Positions 1-9,106 of a stretch of DNA of 64,000 nucleotides are shown here, one piece after another; position 1 is the stretch's first letter, and every line of letters starts with the position of its first letter. This DNA comes from an uncultured Gammaproteobacteria bacterium (lineage in GTDB: Bacteria; Patescibacteriota; Microgenomatia; JAMCZE01). A model generated the notes under the pieces. The model worked only from the letters and a program-made list of their open reading frames with translations, ran no database searches and was not told the origin of the DNA. The stretch lies in contig CAZNUP010000001.1 of the NCBI GenBank assembly GCA_964576435.1, positions 162,345 to 226,344 of the forward strand. The letters are read 5' to 3'. Made by a program: the position numbers and the translations under genes.

Positions 1-1044
1 ATCAATTAATGGAATTTCAGGTAAGGGCAATCCAAACTCTGTAAAAAACTCTTTTATTGCTTCCCACTCTCTAAACCTGAAACCCACATGTTCTACCTCA
101 TGGAACTGCTTACGAATCTTCGTTGTAAGAACCTCTTTCTCGAATCCGTTTCTAACACTTATTATTAAAGAAATGTTTGGATAGTGTTTTATATCTTTCA
201 GAAGAACAGGTAGACTCTTTTTCCAAAATGTGGGGTTTTCAGATTCGTTTAATGCATCAATGATTATAAAAAAACGTGATTTTGTCTTCTCACCAAGTCT
301 ATCGAACTTCTTTAGAAGCTCTGTTTTTGATTTTATCCTGTGGTCATTATTCTGTTTTAAAAGTTGTTTCCATATATCGTCGGTCGCGTTAATTTCTTGT
401 CCTAAAGTAATAAAACTAAAGGCACCAGATTCAATTCTGTTATTTACTAAGTCGCAAAGAAGGTGAGTTTTTCCTATCCCAGTAACACCCATCAATAGCA
501 GGAAAGGGTGGTTAGACAATACCGCCGCATCAGAATCGGATAATTCATTTAAGTTATGAAGCGGACTTCTGAACCTACTAAGATAATGGGATTCTGAACC
601 GAAGATCTTTTCCGAGTGTTCTTCTTTCTTTTCGTTGTCAGGACTTTTTTGGACTTTATAAATTTTATCTTGAAGATTCCAGCTATATTCTTCTAACTTT
701 TTCGCGGTTTTTTTAATTTCTTCCCAGTGAATTTTAGAAGTGGAATATTCTTTAACGTTACCTATCAAACTAAGTAGTTCTTCGAAACAATAATCGAAGT
801 TTATAAGTTCAATGCCGAGTAATTCAGGATTAGTTCTAGGAAAAATATCTTTTCTGCTTTTGCGTAGTTCTCCAAAAAGTTTTCTAGCCCTATCGTAAAA
901 AAACTGGTTCCTTGCCAAGCCATCAAATGTTTGGGTTATCGGTAAATTAACGTTTATTTCGGGGGTGTAGCGCTTACCAGCTAAATTCTTAGCCTTTTCG
1001 TAAAGATCTTCTTGCCACTTATTATCCTTAGCAGTTATTCTCAT
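1..1044 (-). CDS. P-loop NTPase (partial, runs off the window start); AAA/STAND/KAP-like ATPase
   Basis: ATG at 1044 on the minus strand and the ORF continues past position 1. The reverse translation of ~430-520 gives HPFLLLMGVTGIGKTHLLCDL, a Walker A motif (GxxGxGKT). It is not in the ORF track because it is truncated. It sits beside an XRE repressor inside a putative integrative element. Confidence 0.5.
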   Translation of the reverse strand, partial: MRITAKDNKWQEDLYEKAKNLAGKRYTPEINVNLPITQTFDGLARNQFFYDRARKLFGELRKSRKDIFPRTNPELLGIELINFDYCFEELLSLIGNVKEYSTSKIHWEEIKKTAKKLEEYSWNLQDKIYKVQKSPDNEKKEEHSEKIFGSESHYLSRFRSPLHNLNELSDSDAAVLSNHPFLLLMGVTGIGKTHLLCDLVNNRIESGAFSFITLGQEINATDDIWKQLLKQNNDHRIKSKTELLKKFDRLGEKTKSRFFIIIDALNESENPTFWKKSLPVLLKDIKHYPNISLIISVRNGFEKEVLTTKIRKQFHEVEHVGFRFREWEAIKEFFTEFGLPLPEIPLID

Positions 1045-1110
1045 ATCCATATACGAAAAAACCCCTACTAGAAGGGGCAGTTTCAAGACATATTATACTC
1101 GCCTTAGTGC

Positions 1111-1320
1111 TTAGAACGGAAGCAATTCGCCTGCATCAATTTTCAGAGCTTTTGCCAGGCGCTCTAGATTGATAAGTGAAGGGTTACGCTTACCCCTCTC
1201 TATCTGACCAATATAGGTAAAATGAAGGCCTGCAAGGTCTGCAAGTCCTTCCTGTGTAAGTCCTTTACCTTCCCGTAACTTTCGAAGGTGTTTGCCAAAT
1301 TTGGCTCGTATATCTTCCAT
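1111..1320 (-). CDS. XRE-family helix-turn-helix transcriptional regulator
   Basis: 69 aa containing GLTQEGLADLAGLHFTYIGQIERGKRNPSLINLERLAKAL, the classic Cro/C1-type HTH. Confidence 0.8.
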   Translation of the reverse strand: MEDIRAKFGKHLRKLREGKGLTQEGLADLAGLHFTYIGQIERGKRNPSLINLERLAKALKIDAGELLPF

Positions 1321-1346
1321 GCTTATATGGTCTCTAAAGGAAGACT

Positions 1347-1760
1347 ATGTATCCAGAGACGATAAGTCTCTTTTGTGATACAATGATGACGATGAGTCTT
1401 AATTCAACACAGCCTATTACCCCAACCCAGAGCAAGAAAGTTGCTTTTGCACTAGGTCTTTCGATTATTGTCTTCCTTTTAGGAACACTTTTTGGCACAA
1501 CATTAAGTAAAGCGCCTCAAATAAAAGAGGTAGAGGTCGAAAAGAATCTTTCTATTTGGAGAGAGCTAAAGGAAGTGGACGACCAGACATTTGTAATAGC
1601 TGTAAAGAGTTCTGAATTATCTTCAGCGGCCTTCTATGCAATTTCACAGGGTGACAGCGGAACAATTCAAGCAGTAACATTGGAAGCAAAAAAGAATACC
1701 GAAGAATTTAATAGACTTAAAATCAAACGACAAGAAATCCTAACCAAGCTAGGATACTAA
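1347..1760 (+). CDS. hypothetical membrane-anchored protein
   Basis: 137-aa ORF with one N-terminal hydrophobic helix (VAFALGLSIIVFLLGTLFG). It is divergent from the XRE gene and followed by a terminator hairpin. Confidence 0.4.
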   Translation: MYPETISLFCDTMMTMSLNSTQPITPTQSKKVAFALGLSIIVFLLGTLFGTTLSKAPQIKEVEVEKNLSIWRELKEVDDQTFVIAVKSSELSSAAFYAISQGDSGTIQAVTLEAKKNTEEFNRLKIKRQEILTKLGY

Positions 1761-1765
1761 CTTCC

Positions 1766-1790
1766 AAAGTGCGCCACGTGTCGCACTTTT
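1766..1790. terminator. rho-independent terminator-like hairpin (AAAGTGCG-CCACGTGT-CGCACTTTT)
   Basis: An 8-bp stem with an 8-nt loop and a T-run immediately after the stop codon at 1760. An A-run upstream makes it potentially bidirectional. Confidence 0.5.
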
Positions 1791-1965
1791 AATCGATCTG
1801 ACGGCCTAATCTTGTATTTTCATAAATGATTTGTTAGTATAAATGTAAGTTGCGTGTTGGAAATCTTTTTCCAAACACCTTAGCCCGCTAGAGATTTGTT
1901 CTCTTTGCGCGATATTGACTGCTAGATACAACGGTTGTATTTAGCGGTCTTTTTTTTGCGCAAAT

Positions 1966-2184
1966 ATGGATATTGAGAACAAATCAAATCAGAAAAGTCT
2001 TCATACAAACACGCTTCCCTTGCGTCTTTCTTCCAATGCAATAAAGGAATTTCAAGAACTCTATTTCAAAGAATACCGAGTAAATATTTCTGTCCAAGAA
2101 GCCGACCGCTTAGGCATGAATTTACTCAAATTGATTTCCATCGTTTATAAACCAATAAAGAAAAATGACTATGCAAATGAATAA
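1966..2184 (+). CDS. hypothetical small protein (mobile-element cargo)
   Basis: 72-aa ORF lying between two inverted copies of the GCGCCACGTGTCGC motif. I see no recognisable domain. Confidence 0.3.
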   Translation: MDIENKSNQKSLHTNTLPLRLSSNAIKEFQELYFKEYRVNISVQEADRLGMNLLKLISIVYKPIKKNDYANE

Positions 2185-2404
2185 CTATCGAGTTAAAGAT
2201 CTATACCTAGCCGCTTATCTTTACGGAGAAGGATTGGAACTACATGGGGTTGAAAGAGAAGGCAAGGTCTGCTGGTTCTCATTTACTAATAAAGAGCAGT
2301 GCGAAGAACTTGTAAGTCTTTACTGGAAAAACCAAGCTGTTTCTAAAGTTAAGTCGTTTACTGACGCTATTAGAACTCTGAAAGACTTGATTTATTCAAG
2401 TTAA
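2165..2404 (+). CDS. hypothetical small protein, possibly DUF5659-like phage/plasmid protein
   Basis: 79 aa overlapping the previous ORF by 20 nt. The motif DLYLAAYLYGEGLEL resembles small phage-associated proteins, but this is recalled from memory only. Confidence 0.3.
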   Translation: MTMQMNNYRVKDLYLAAYLYGEGLELHGVEREGKVCWFSFTNKEQCEELVSLYWKNQAVSKVKSFTDAIRTLKDLIYSS

Positions 2405-2426
2405 AACCGCGACACGTGGCGCGTAT

Positions 2427-2921
2427 ATGGATATGGATAAAATTGATAAAACTCTACCAGACGTCATAAGACGTTTAAATGAAAATGCCAAACAGACAAA
2501 AGAGTTGGCATATAGATTCCTTTGGGTAAAGGTCAATTTTTCCGTAGTTAGAGATGGACACATGAGGCAAGTTGGCGCACGCGCTTTTGGTGTATTTTTC
2601 GTCATAAGAACATATATGAATAAGAACAATGTTGCATTCCCAAGTCTTAAAAGAATCGCCTATGACTCAAAACTTAGTGTCAACACTGTTAAAAAAGAAA
2701 TTCAAATCTTAATAAAACACGGTTGGTTAATTCAAACGGTCGAAAGAAACGAGAATGGAAGATTTGAAAATGCAGAATACTTAATTTTAGAAAATGATTT
2801 AATTCGCGGCACTAATTCACAAAGCTTTATGAAACAACCAGTGTCAAAGATTGATAACGGTTATCAGCCTGAACCAATATCAAATATCCATAACGGTAAT
2901 TTGATGCATAAGAAGTATTAA
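2427..2921 (+). CDS. winged-helix/HTH DNA-binding protein, phage or plasmid replication-initiator-like
   Basis: 164 aa. The segment FPSLKRIAYDSKLSVNTVKKEIQILIKHGWL is the typical helix-turn-helix pattern of phage replication/organizer proteins (HTH_36-like). It lies immediately upstream of the integrase. Confidence 0.45.
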   Translation: MDMDKIDKTLPDVIRRLNENAKQTKELAYRFLWVKVNFSVVRDGHMRQVGARAFGVFFVIRTYMNKNNVAFPSLKRIAYDSKLSVNTVKKEIQILIKHGWLIQTVERNENGRFENAEYLILENDLIRGTNSQSFMKQPVSKIDNGYQPEPISNIHNGNLMHKKY

Positions 2922-2963
2922 GAATAAAAGAAGTATTAAAAGAATAATTATAAAAATGATAGA

Positions 2964-4664
2964 ATGAAGACGATAAGTCCTAAACTACAAATGAATAGAT
3001 ACCTTACATACGCACGAAAATCCAGTGAGACCGAAGATAGACAGATTGCATCTATTCCAGATCAACTTAAAGAAATTCACTTATTAAGAACTCGCTTAGG
3101 TATACCTGAACCAGTCTCGTTTTCTGAGTCAAGGAGTGCAAAAATCCCTGGCAGAAGCGAGTTTAATAAGATGGTTGACCTTATTGAAAGAGGCGGAATA
3201 AAGGGTGTCTTATGCTGGAATCTATCAAGGCTTGCTCGTAACGGCAAAGATGGCGGCGTCATTATTTGGGCTGTTAACGAACTTGGATTAGAAATTGTCA
3301 CCCCTTCAAAAACATTTACCAAAGAAGATATTTTCCTCATGTATATCGAGTTTGGTATGGCTAACCAATTCATAAATGACTTATCGAAAAATGTAAAAAG
3401 AGGATTAAAGTCAAAGGCGGAAAAAGGGTGGTTGCCGAGTGGTGCAAAAGCAGGTTATGCGAATGATAAATATGCAGAAAAAGGAAATAAAACAATATTG
3501 CCCGACCCAGACAGATTTCCACTTATTCGTAAAGCTTGGGATATGATGTTAACTGGGATTTATAGTCCACTACAAGTTCTTAGAACTTTAAACGACGATT
3601 GGGGCTATCGCACTCCAAAACACAAAAGGATTGGCGGGAAGCCGATGTCAAGAAGTCATATTTACAAAATGTTTACCGACGCTTTTTACTACGGGGAATT
3701 TGAATATCAAGGTAACTGGTATATGGGCAAACATAAACCAATGATTTCAAAAGATGAGTTTGATAGAGTTCAAGCTTATTTAGGCAATAAAGGACGTCCA
3801 AGGCCAAGAACACATGAGTTTGCATTCACTGGATTATTCAAATGTGGTGAATGTGGTGCGATGATAACGGCAGAAGAAAAGTTTCAAATAATATGTTCTC
3901 ACTGTAAATGTAAGTTTGCATCATTAAATAAAGTTAGATGTCCCCGTTGTCAAACCTTGATAACGGATATGAATAATCCTACTCGACTTCACTACACCTA
4001 CTACCATTGCACAAAACGAAAGAAAAAGTCTTGTACTCAACGAGCTATCAGAATCGAATCGTTAGAACAGCAACTCGATTCATTATTAGAAAATATTCAA
4101 ATTTCAGAAGGTTTTAAAGATTGGGCTATTAAGCATCTGAGTGAAGTAGCAGAAATTGAAACCGAAGATAGAGATTCAATCATTCAGTCCCAACAAAAAG
4201 CGTACGACGATTGTGTGAAACGAATAGATAATTTAGTTAAACTGAAAATATCATCACAAAATTCTAATAATGAATTACTTTCAGATGAAGAATTTAAAAA
4301 TCAAAAAGAATCCCTGCTCGCTGAAAAGTCTAAGTTAATGGAGAAACTTCAAGATACGGACGGACGAATAGATAAATGGCTAGAGCTAACAGAAAAGACT
4401 TTTAACTTTGCTTGTTACGCCCGTCGTTGGTTTACGGAAGGAAACATTGCAACTAAGAAACAAATATTATTAGGAATCGGTTCGAACTTTACTTTAAAAG
4501 ACGGAGTTGTGGGTGTAGACCTGGAAAAACCATTACAGTTTATAGAATTTGCCAAAAACAAAGTTGTGGAGATTTCACCAACGTTCGAACCTGAAAAAGA
4601 GGGCTATAAATCAAGCCAAATGGACTCTTTTTACTCTAAAAATCTAACTTTGCTCCTCCGCTAG
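2964..4664 (+). CDS. large serine recombinase (integrase)
   Basis: 566 aa. The N-terminal resolvase catalytic domain carries YARKSS...R...Q, followed by a recombinase domain and a Cys-rich zinc ribbon (CGECG...CSHCKC...CPRC). The stop codon at 4662-4664 overlaps the 3' end of tRNA-Asn. Confidence 0.85.
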   Translation: MKTISPKLQMNRYLTYARKSSETEDRQIASIPDQLKEIHLLRTRLGIPEPVSFSESRSAKIPGRSEFNKMVDLIERGGIKGVLCWNLSRLARNGKDGGVIIWAVNELGLEIVTPSKTFTKEDIFLMYIEFGMANQFINDLSKNVKRGLKSKAEKGWLPSGAKAGYANDKYAEKGNKTILPDPDRFPLIRKAWDMMLTGIYSPLQVLRTLNDDWGYRTPKHKRIGGKPMSRSHIYKMFTDAFYYGEFEYQGNWYMGKHKPMISKDEFDRVQAYLGNKGRPRPRTHEFAFTGLFKCGECGAMITAEEKFQIICSHCKCKFASLNKVRCPRCQTLITDMNNPTRLHYTYYHCTKRKKKSCTQRAIRIESLEQQLDSLLENIQISEGFKDWAIKHLSEVAEIETEDRDSIIQSQQKAYDDCVKRIDNLVKLKISSQNSNNELLSDEEFKNQKESLLAEKSKLMEKLQDTDGRIDKWLELTEKTFNFACYARRWFTEGNIATKKQILLGIGSNFTLKDGVVGVDLEKPLQFIEFAKNKVVEISPTFEPEKEGYKSSQMDSFYSKNLTLLLR

Positions 4665-4921
4665 GACTCGAACCTAGGACATCTTCGTTACAAGAACCCT
4701 TAAATTACTCTAAGGCTTGGACTATCTCATCTCCGATGTGACATCGGAGTCGGGTATATAGTCTCTACACATTTAGTCCGACACAAGGTCGGACACTTAG
4801 CTCGGGATTGTCCTGCTTGTGGCGGGAGTTCCCCGAATTAGCCCGATTTTCACTCATGCATTGCTGCAAGAGGCTGCCAAACTTAGACAGCGAAGCGCTC
4901 TACCAACTGAGCTACAGAGGA
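4653..4921 (-). tRNA. tRNA-Asn(GUU) interrupted by a group I intron in the anticodon loop (exons 4887..4921 and 4653..4690)
   Basis: The exons, read on the minus strand, give TCCTCTGTAGCTCAGTTGGTAGAGCGCTTCGCTGT | TAACGAAGATGTCCTAGGTTCGAGTCCTAGCGGAGGAG. This is a clean cloverleaf: 7-bp acceptor with one G-U pair, D-arm GCTC/GAGC, anticodon stem CTTCG/CGAAG, loop CUGUUAA, T-arm CTAGG-TTCGAGT-CCTAG, discriminator G. It is nearly identical to the E. coli tRNA-Asn framework. No CCA is encoded. Confidence 0.8.
4691..4886 (-). ncRNA. group I intron (~196 nt) between anticodon positions 35 and 36 of tRNA-Asn
   Basis: The 5' exon ends in U and the intron ends in G. The conserved R-like element GTAGAGACTATA and S-like element GAGATAGTCC are present, as are a P/Q-like pair (AAATCGGGC ... 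AATCCCGAGC). There is no ORF inside. Confidence 0.7.
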
Positions 4922-4974
4922 ATATTAACTTGTCAGATGGAATTTTAGCACCTCAGTAAGCTTTAATCTACCTA

Positions 4975-5409
4975 CTATTTATTTTGGGAGTTCTTTTGAA
5001 GTTTCCAAAAAATGACCATCGCCACTGTTATTACCAAAAATGCAATCATGGACAAGAAGGGAATGGTGACGAAACCGAAATATTCAACAAATTTTGTGGT
5101 GCACGACACGCCGTTTATGCACGGTGCCGCGGCTTCTGGAATTATGTTGTAGTAAAGCAGGTTGTGATAAATCCCGATTAAAAGTCCAATTACAGAAAGC
5201 GGCAAGACATATAAAGGAAGATCTTTGTTTTTTCGCAGAATCCCGACGGAAAGAATTACAACCAAAGGATACATGGCAATTCGCTGGTACCAACACAGCA
5301 CACACGGAGGGTATTTCAAAATTTCACTGAAGAATAAACTCCCGAGCATTGCTATCCAGGCAACCAAGAGTGCAAAATACGCCAAATATTTTTGTTTGCT
5401 ATTAAACAT
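4975..5409 (-). CDS. disulfide bond formation protein B / BdbC-like thiol-disulfide oxidoreductase
   Basis: 144 aa with 4 TM helices. A PCVLCWYQR CxxC motif sits in the first periplasmic loop and a second Cys pair (PCINGVSC) in the second loop. Confidence 0.6.
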   Translation of the reverse strand: MFNSKQKYLAYFALLVAWIAMLGSLFFSEILKYPPCVLCWYQRIAMYPLVVILSVGILRKNKDLPLYVLPLSVIGLLIGIYHNLLYYNIIPEAAAPCINGVSCTTKFVEYFGFVTIPFLSMIAFLVITVAMVIFWKLQKNSQNK

Positions 5410-5440
5410 TAATCCTTAAACCTTAAGTCTTAAACCTTAA

Positions 5441-6592
5441 TTATTCAAGATAATCTTTTAGTTTTTTGGAACGGGAAGGATGCTTCAATTTTCTGATTGC
5501 CTTAGCTTCAATTTGTCTAATACGTTCTCTTGTAACACCAAATGCTTTACCCACTTCTTCCAAAGTTCTTGGTCTTCCGTCTTCAAGTCCAAATCTCATG
5601 ATGAGAACCTTTTTCTCACGGTCATTTAAAGTGGCTAGCACTTCATCAAGGTGTTCCTTAAGAAGGGCCTTTGATGTTTGTTCATAAGGGGATGGGATGT
5701 GTTCATCAGCGATAAAATCTCCAAGTTGAGAATCTTCTTCGTCACCAATCTTTGTTTGAAGTGATGTTGGTTCCTGAGAAATCTTTTGAATCTCATGAAT
5801 CTTTGATACGTCCAGTTCCAACTCTTTAGCAATTTCTTCAGGAAGTGGATCACGTCCCAGTTCAGCAGTCATTCTATTCCTAGTTCTCACATATCTATTA
5901 ATAGTCTCGACCATGTGAACTGGAATTCGGATTGTTCTAGCTTGATCAGCAATTGCCCTAGTGATTGCCTGTCTAATCCACCAAGTAGCATAAGTTGAGA
6001 ACTTGAATCCTCGTCTCCAATCGTATTTCTCTGTAGCTCTTATAAGTCCTTGATTTCCTTCCTGTATAAGGTCAAGCATGGTCATTCCTCGTCCAAGGTA
6101 TTTTTTGGCAATTGACACAACGAGTCTCAAATTTGAAGAAATGAGCTTGTCCTTGGCTTTTTTATCACCCTTTTCTGCCTTTTTGGCTAGTTCGACTTCT
6201 TCTTTGGCATTCAAAAGGGGAATGCGGCCAATTTCTTTAAGGTACATTCGAACTGGGTCTGTTGCTCCACTTTCATCAAGTGCGGCAATTGCTCCAAGCT
6301 CTTTTTCAAGGTCCGTGGCACTTTTTTGTGCCTCTTCCATGTCTTCCGCAGTTGTTTCGAAGATATCAACGTCAGCGTTAATGAGTCTGTCATAGAATTC
6401 GTCAAGCTCATCAATATGCTCTTCAGCCTTAGGAAAAACGGCAAGAACTTCCTCTTGAGTAACAAAACCAGCTGTTTTACCCTTTTTAAGAAGCTCTAAA
6501 GCACCAACTGGTAGATCTGATTTTGCTTGGGATTCTTTCTTAGGAGACTTAGTAACCTTTTTAACTGCCTTAGTGGCCATATATTTAAACAA
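5441..6592 (-). CDS. rpoD: RNA polymerase sigma-70 factor RpoD
   Basis: Region 2 [59 protein letters not shown] and region 4 [30 protein letters not shown] are both present. Confidence 0.95.
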   Translation of the reverse strand: MFKYMATKAVKKVTKSPKKESQAKSDLPVGALELLKKGKTAGFVTQEEVLAVFPKAEEHIDELDEFYDRLINADVDIFETTAEDMEEAQKSATDLEKELGAIAALDESGATDPVRMYLKEIGRIPLLNAKEEVELAKKAEKGDKKAKDKLISSNLRLVVSIAKKYLGRGMTMLDLIQEGNQGLIRATEKYDWRRGFKFSTYATWWIRQAITRAIADQARTIRIPVHMVETINRYVRTRNRMTAELGRDPLPEEIAKELELDVSKIHEIQKISQEPTSLQTKIGDEEDSQLGDFIADEHIPSPYEQTSKALLKEHLDEVLATLNDREKKVLIMRFGLEDGRPRTLEEVGKAFGVTRERIRQIEAKAIRKLKHPSRSKKLKDYLE

Positions 6593-6642
6593 GGATCTCG
6601 AGGTAATTAGAGCTTGATATCTCTGTCCGCCTCTTGAAATGC

Positions 6643-7176
6643 CTAACTATTATACCTCTCCTCTAGTATTTTTGCAATTAAGAGCGTGTCGCCAATCACC
6701 ACGTGGTTTTTAACAAGTTCATCGTAAAGTCCTTTGATAGGTAGTTCAATAAGTTCTTGGAGTTCATCCTCGTCTCTAGCCGTATCCCCAACCTCAAAAT
6801 CAGTGATAAAGTAAATTGTTTTGAAGCCTGTGATATGAGGGCCCATTGCCACTTTAACAATCATTTCATATTTACCACCAATTATTCCCATTTCTTCTTT
6901 TTGTTCTCTTTTTAGCTCTAACAAATTTTCCTCATCACTTTCATGAGGTGTTCTAGCTCCAGTAAATTGAGTTAAATATGTCTCAGGCCCCTGTCGCCAT
7001 TCTTTAACCATTAATACCTTGCCATTTCTAATCGGGACCCCAGTAGTTATCCCCGGAAAAACGACCACGTTCCACTCCACCACCTTTCCATTGGGTAGTT
7101 CTATTTTTCTACTATCAACTCGAATTTTCGTGCTGTCAAAAACGGTTTTTGAAGAAATAACTTTGTAATCTTTCAT
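6643..7176 (-). CDS. NUDIX hydrolase-like protein (ADP-ribose pyrophosphatase-like, degenerate Nudix box)
   Basis: 177 aa. The pattern VKEWRQG...[28 protein letters not shown] follows the NudF-type GX5EX7REXXEEXG layout loosely. Confidence 0.45.
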   Translation of the reverse strand: MKDYKVISSKTVFDSTKIRVDSRKIELPNGKVVEWNVVVFPGITTGVPIRNGKVLMVKEWRQGPETYLTQFTGARTPHESDEENLLELKREQKEEMGIIGGKYEMIVKVAMGPHITGFKTIYFITDFEVGDTARDEDELQELIELPIKGLYDELVKNHVVIGDTLLIAKILEERYNS

Positions 7177-7189
7177 TCTTATCTGTATT

Positions 7190-9025
7190 TTATACCGAGC
7201 TGTTTTGCATGACTAGTGCCTTCTGTTCCAATAGTTCCTGAAGTCTTGATGCTGTTGTTGTGAAATCTTGTTCCAGATTTTCCGCATCAGGGTTTTTTTT
7301 GATTTCTCCACTAAGATTCTTGAGTCTCTTTCTTAAAGAAAGTTCTTTGACTTCCCACACGGTTTTTTGAATTTCTTCAAGGACATGATTTGAATCTTTG
7401 AAGTCAACCTTAATTTCTAAAAGATATAGTCTATTAAATGTATCCATAAGTTCCGGTGGAATTAAAACCGCCAGTTGATTGATTTCAAATTTTTCAGTTG
7501 TCAAAACGACATCAGATTTTGGGTTATCAATAAAGGTAACCATTGTTTGATAAATCTTTCCAAAAGCTGTGTTAATAAAATCCTCAGCACTGAGTCTAAT
7601 TGTTGAAATAACTAGGTAGTCAGATGGGTTTGGTGCTTGAAGAAGCATTGCCATAAGATATTCTTCCATCATTTCTTCTCGTGGTCTTTTGCTTTGTGGT
7701 TCGCTGCTAACTTCTTGATTTATATTTGCCTGTGGAACTTTTAATTTTCTGATTTCTTTGTCCACTTGTGCTTCTAAGCTATCAAGTGACACATTTAACT
7801 TATCAGCCAGTTTCTTTAAATAGTGTTCTCGAATAACAAGGTTTTCAATTACACCAATAAACTTTGCGGTTTCTGAAATAATTTTCTTAACCCCTTGTGG
7901 ATCATCAATTGAATATTTCTCACAAGCTGAATCAATTATGTAATCATAAAAGTTAACTGCGTTCTTGACTGCATTTCTCCATAAGTTTGGGTCAAGTTTA
8001 ATTAGTTCATCAGGGTCTTTAGCTTCTTTGAAGGTAACTACTTTAATATTAAATCCTGCTTTATCAGCTGTCTCAATTCCACGGTGCGCTGCTTGATCTC
8101 CAGCAAAATCAGAATCGAGTGACAAATACAAAGTATCTGTGTATCTCTTAAGTAAATTAATTTGTCCATCAGTTAGGGCAGACCCTTTAATGGCAACCAC
8201 GTTCCTAACACCTGCTTGATAAGATTGAATTGCGTCAATCTCTCCTTCAACAATAACTACAAAACCCTCCTTTTTAATTTCGTCTTTAGTTGTTTCAAGT
8301 GCGTATAAAACATCACCCTTAACATAGACTGGAGTCTCCGCTGTGTTTATATATTTTGCTTCTTTAGCATCTGGATCAAGGAGCCTCCCAGCAAACCCGA
8401 CAACCTTTCCTCTTGGGTCTTTAAGTGTAAACATCATTCTTCCTCTAAATCTGTCAAACACATTTCCAATTCCAGATCTAGAAACTAATCCTGCTTGAAA
8501 CAGTTCCTCTTCCTTGTATCCTTTCTTGCTAAGGAACTTATAAAGGTTATCCCACGATTGGGGAGCATATCCCAGTTGAAATAGTTTCCAGGAGTTTTCT
8601 GAAATCTTTCTTTCGCTAAAGTAGTCTCTGGCTTTTGCCCCCAGTGGGTGAGTGGTTAATAAATAGTTATAAAACTCCGCAGCTAAATGATTAATTTCAA
8701 AAATTTTGTCTTTGAGATCTGCCTTTTGACTAGCCTGAACACTTCTTTCAATTTTGATTCCCGCACGGTCTGCAAGAATTTTAAGAGCTTCCCCAAATTC
8801 GATGTTTTCAATTCTCATAAGAAACTTAAAAACATCCCCACCATCATTGCATCCTCCAAAGCAGTGCCATATTTGCCTTTCAGGAGATACGACAAAAGAA
8901 GGCGTCTTTTCTTCGTGGAATGGGCAAAGTCCTTTGAAGTTAGCTCCCGTTTTTTTAAGTTGGACATACTCAGAAATAAATTCCACAATGTCCACTTTCT
9001 CTTTAATTTGCTCAAGGTCAGTCAT
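7190..9025 (-). CDS. dnaG: DNA primase DnaG
   Basis: CHC2 zinc finger CPFHEEKTPSFVVSPERQIWHCFGGC, a TOPRIM segment VVIVEGEIDAIQ...LDSDFAGDQAA, and the conserved dnaG-rpoD arrangement. Confidence 0.9.
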   Translation of the reverse strand: MTDLEQIKEKVDIVEFISEYVQLKKTGANFKGLCPFHEEKTPSFVVSPERQIWHCFGGCNDGGDVFKFLMRIENIEFGEALKILADRAGIKIERSVQASQKADLKDKIFEINHLAAEFYNYLLTTHPLGAKARDYFSERKISENSWKLFQLGYAPQSWDNLYKFLSKKGYKEEELFQAGLVSRSGIGNVFDRFRGRMMFTLKDPRGKVVGFAGRLLDPDAKEAKYINTAETPVYVKGDVLYALETTKDEIKKEGFVVIVEGEIDAIQSYQAGVRNVVAIKGSALTDGQINLLKRYTDTLYLSLDSDFAGDQAAHRGIETADKAGFNIKVVTFKEAKDPDELIKLDPNLWRNAVKNAVNFYDYIIDSACEKYSIDDPQGVKKIISETAKFIGVIENLVIREHYLKKLADKLNVSLDSLEAQVDKEIRKLKVPQANINQEVSSEPQSKRPREEMMEEYLMAMLLQAPNPSDYLVISTIRLSAEDFINTAFGKIYQTMVTFIDNPKSDVVLTTEKFEINQLAVLIPPELMDTFNRLYLLEIKVDFKDSNHVLEEIQKTVWEVKELSLRKRLKNLSGEIKKNPDAENLEQDFTTTASRLQELLEQKALVMQNSSV

Positions 9026-9106
9026 AGAGGGCCTTCAAGGCGGATTGTACCACTTGAAATTCTTTCCACTAAGAGCTAATAATATTAGCGAAGAACTGAA
9101 TATTTA

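Noticed and set aside
4653-4921. Initial reading of the interrupted tRNA as tRNA-Asp(GUC), with the anticodon taken from CTGTCTA at the intron boundary
   Set aside because: That reading takes intron nucleotides as part of the anticodon loop. Applying the group I rule (5' exon ends in U, intron ends in G) gives the loop CUGUUAA. The exon sequence is near-identical to canonical tRNA-Asn, so Asn(GUU) is the consistent call.
5466-6465. Multiple 70-105-aa ORFs on both strands inside rpoD, with similar nested ORFs inside dnaG, pilB, the 801-aa pilin, lepA and murJ
   Set aside because: They are embedded in or antisense to confidently identified conserved genes. They are typical six-frame noise.
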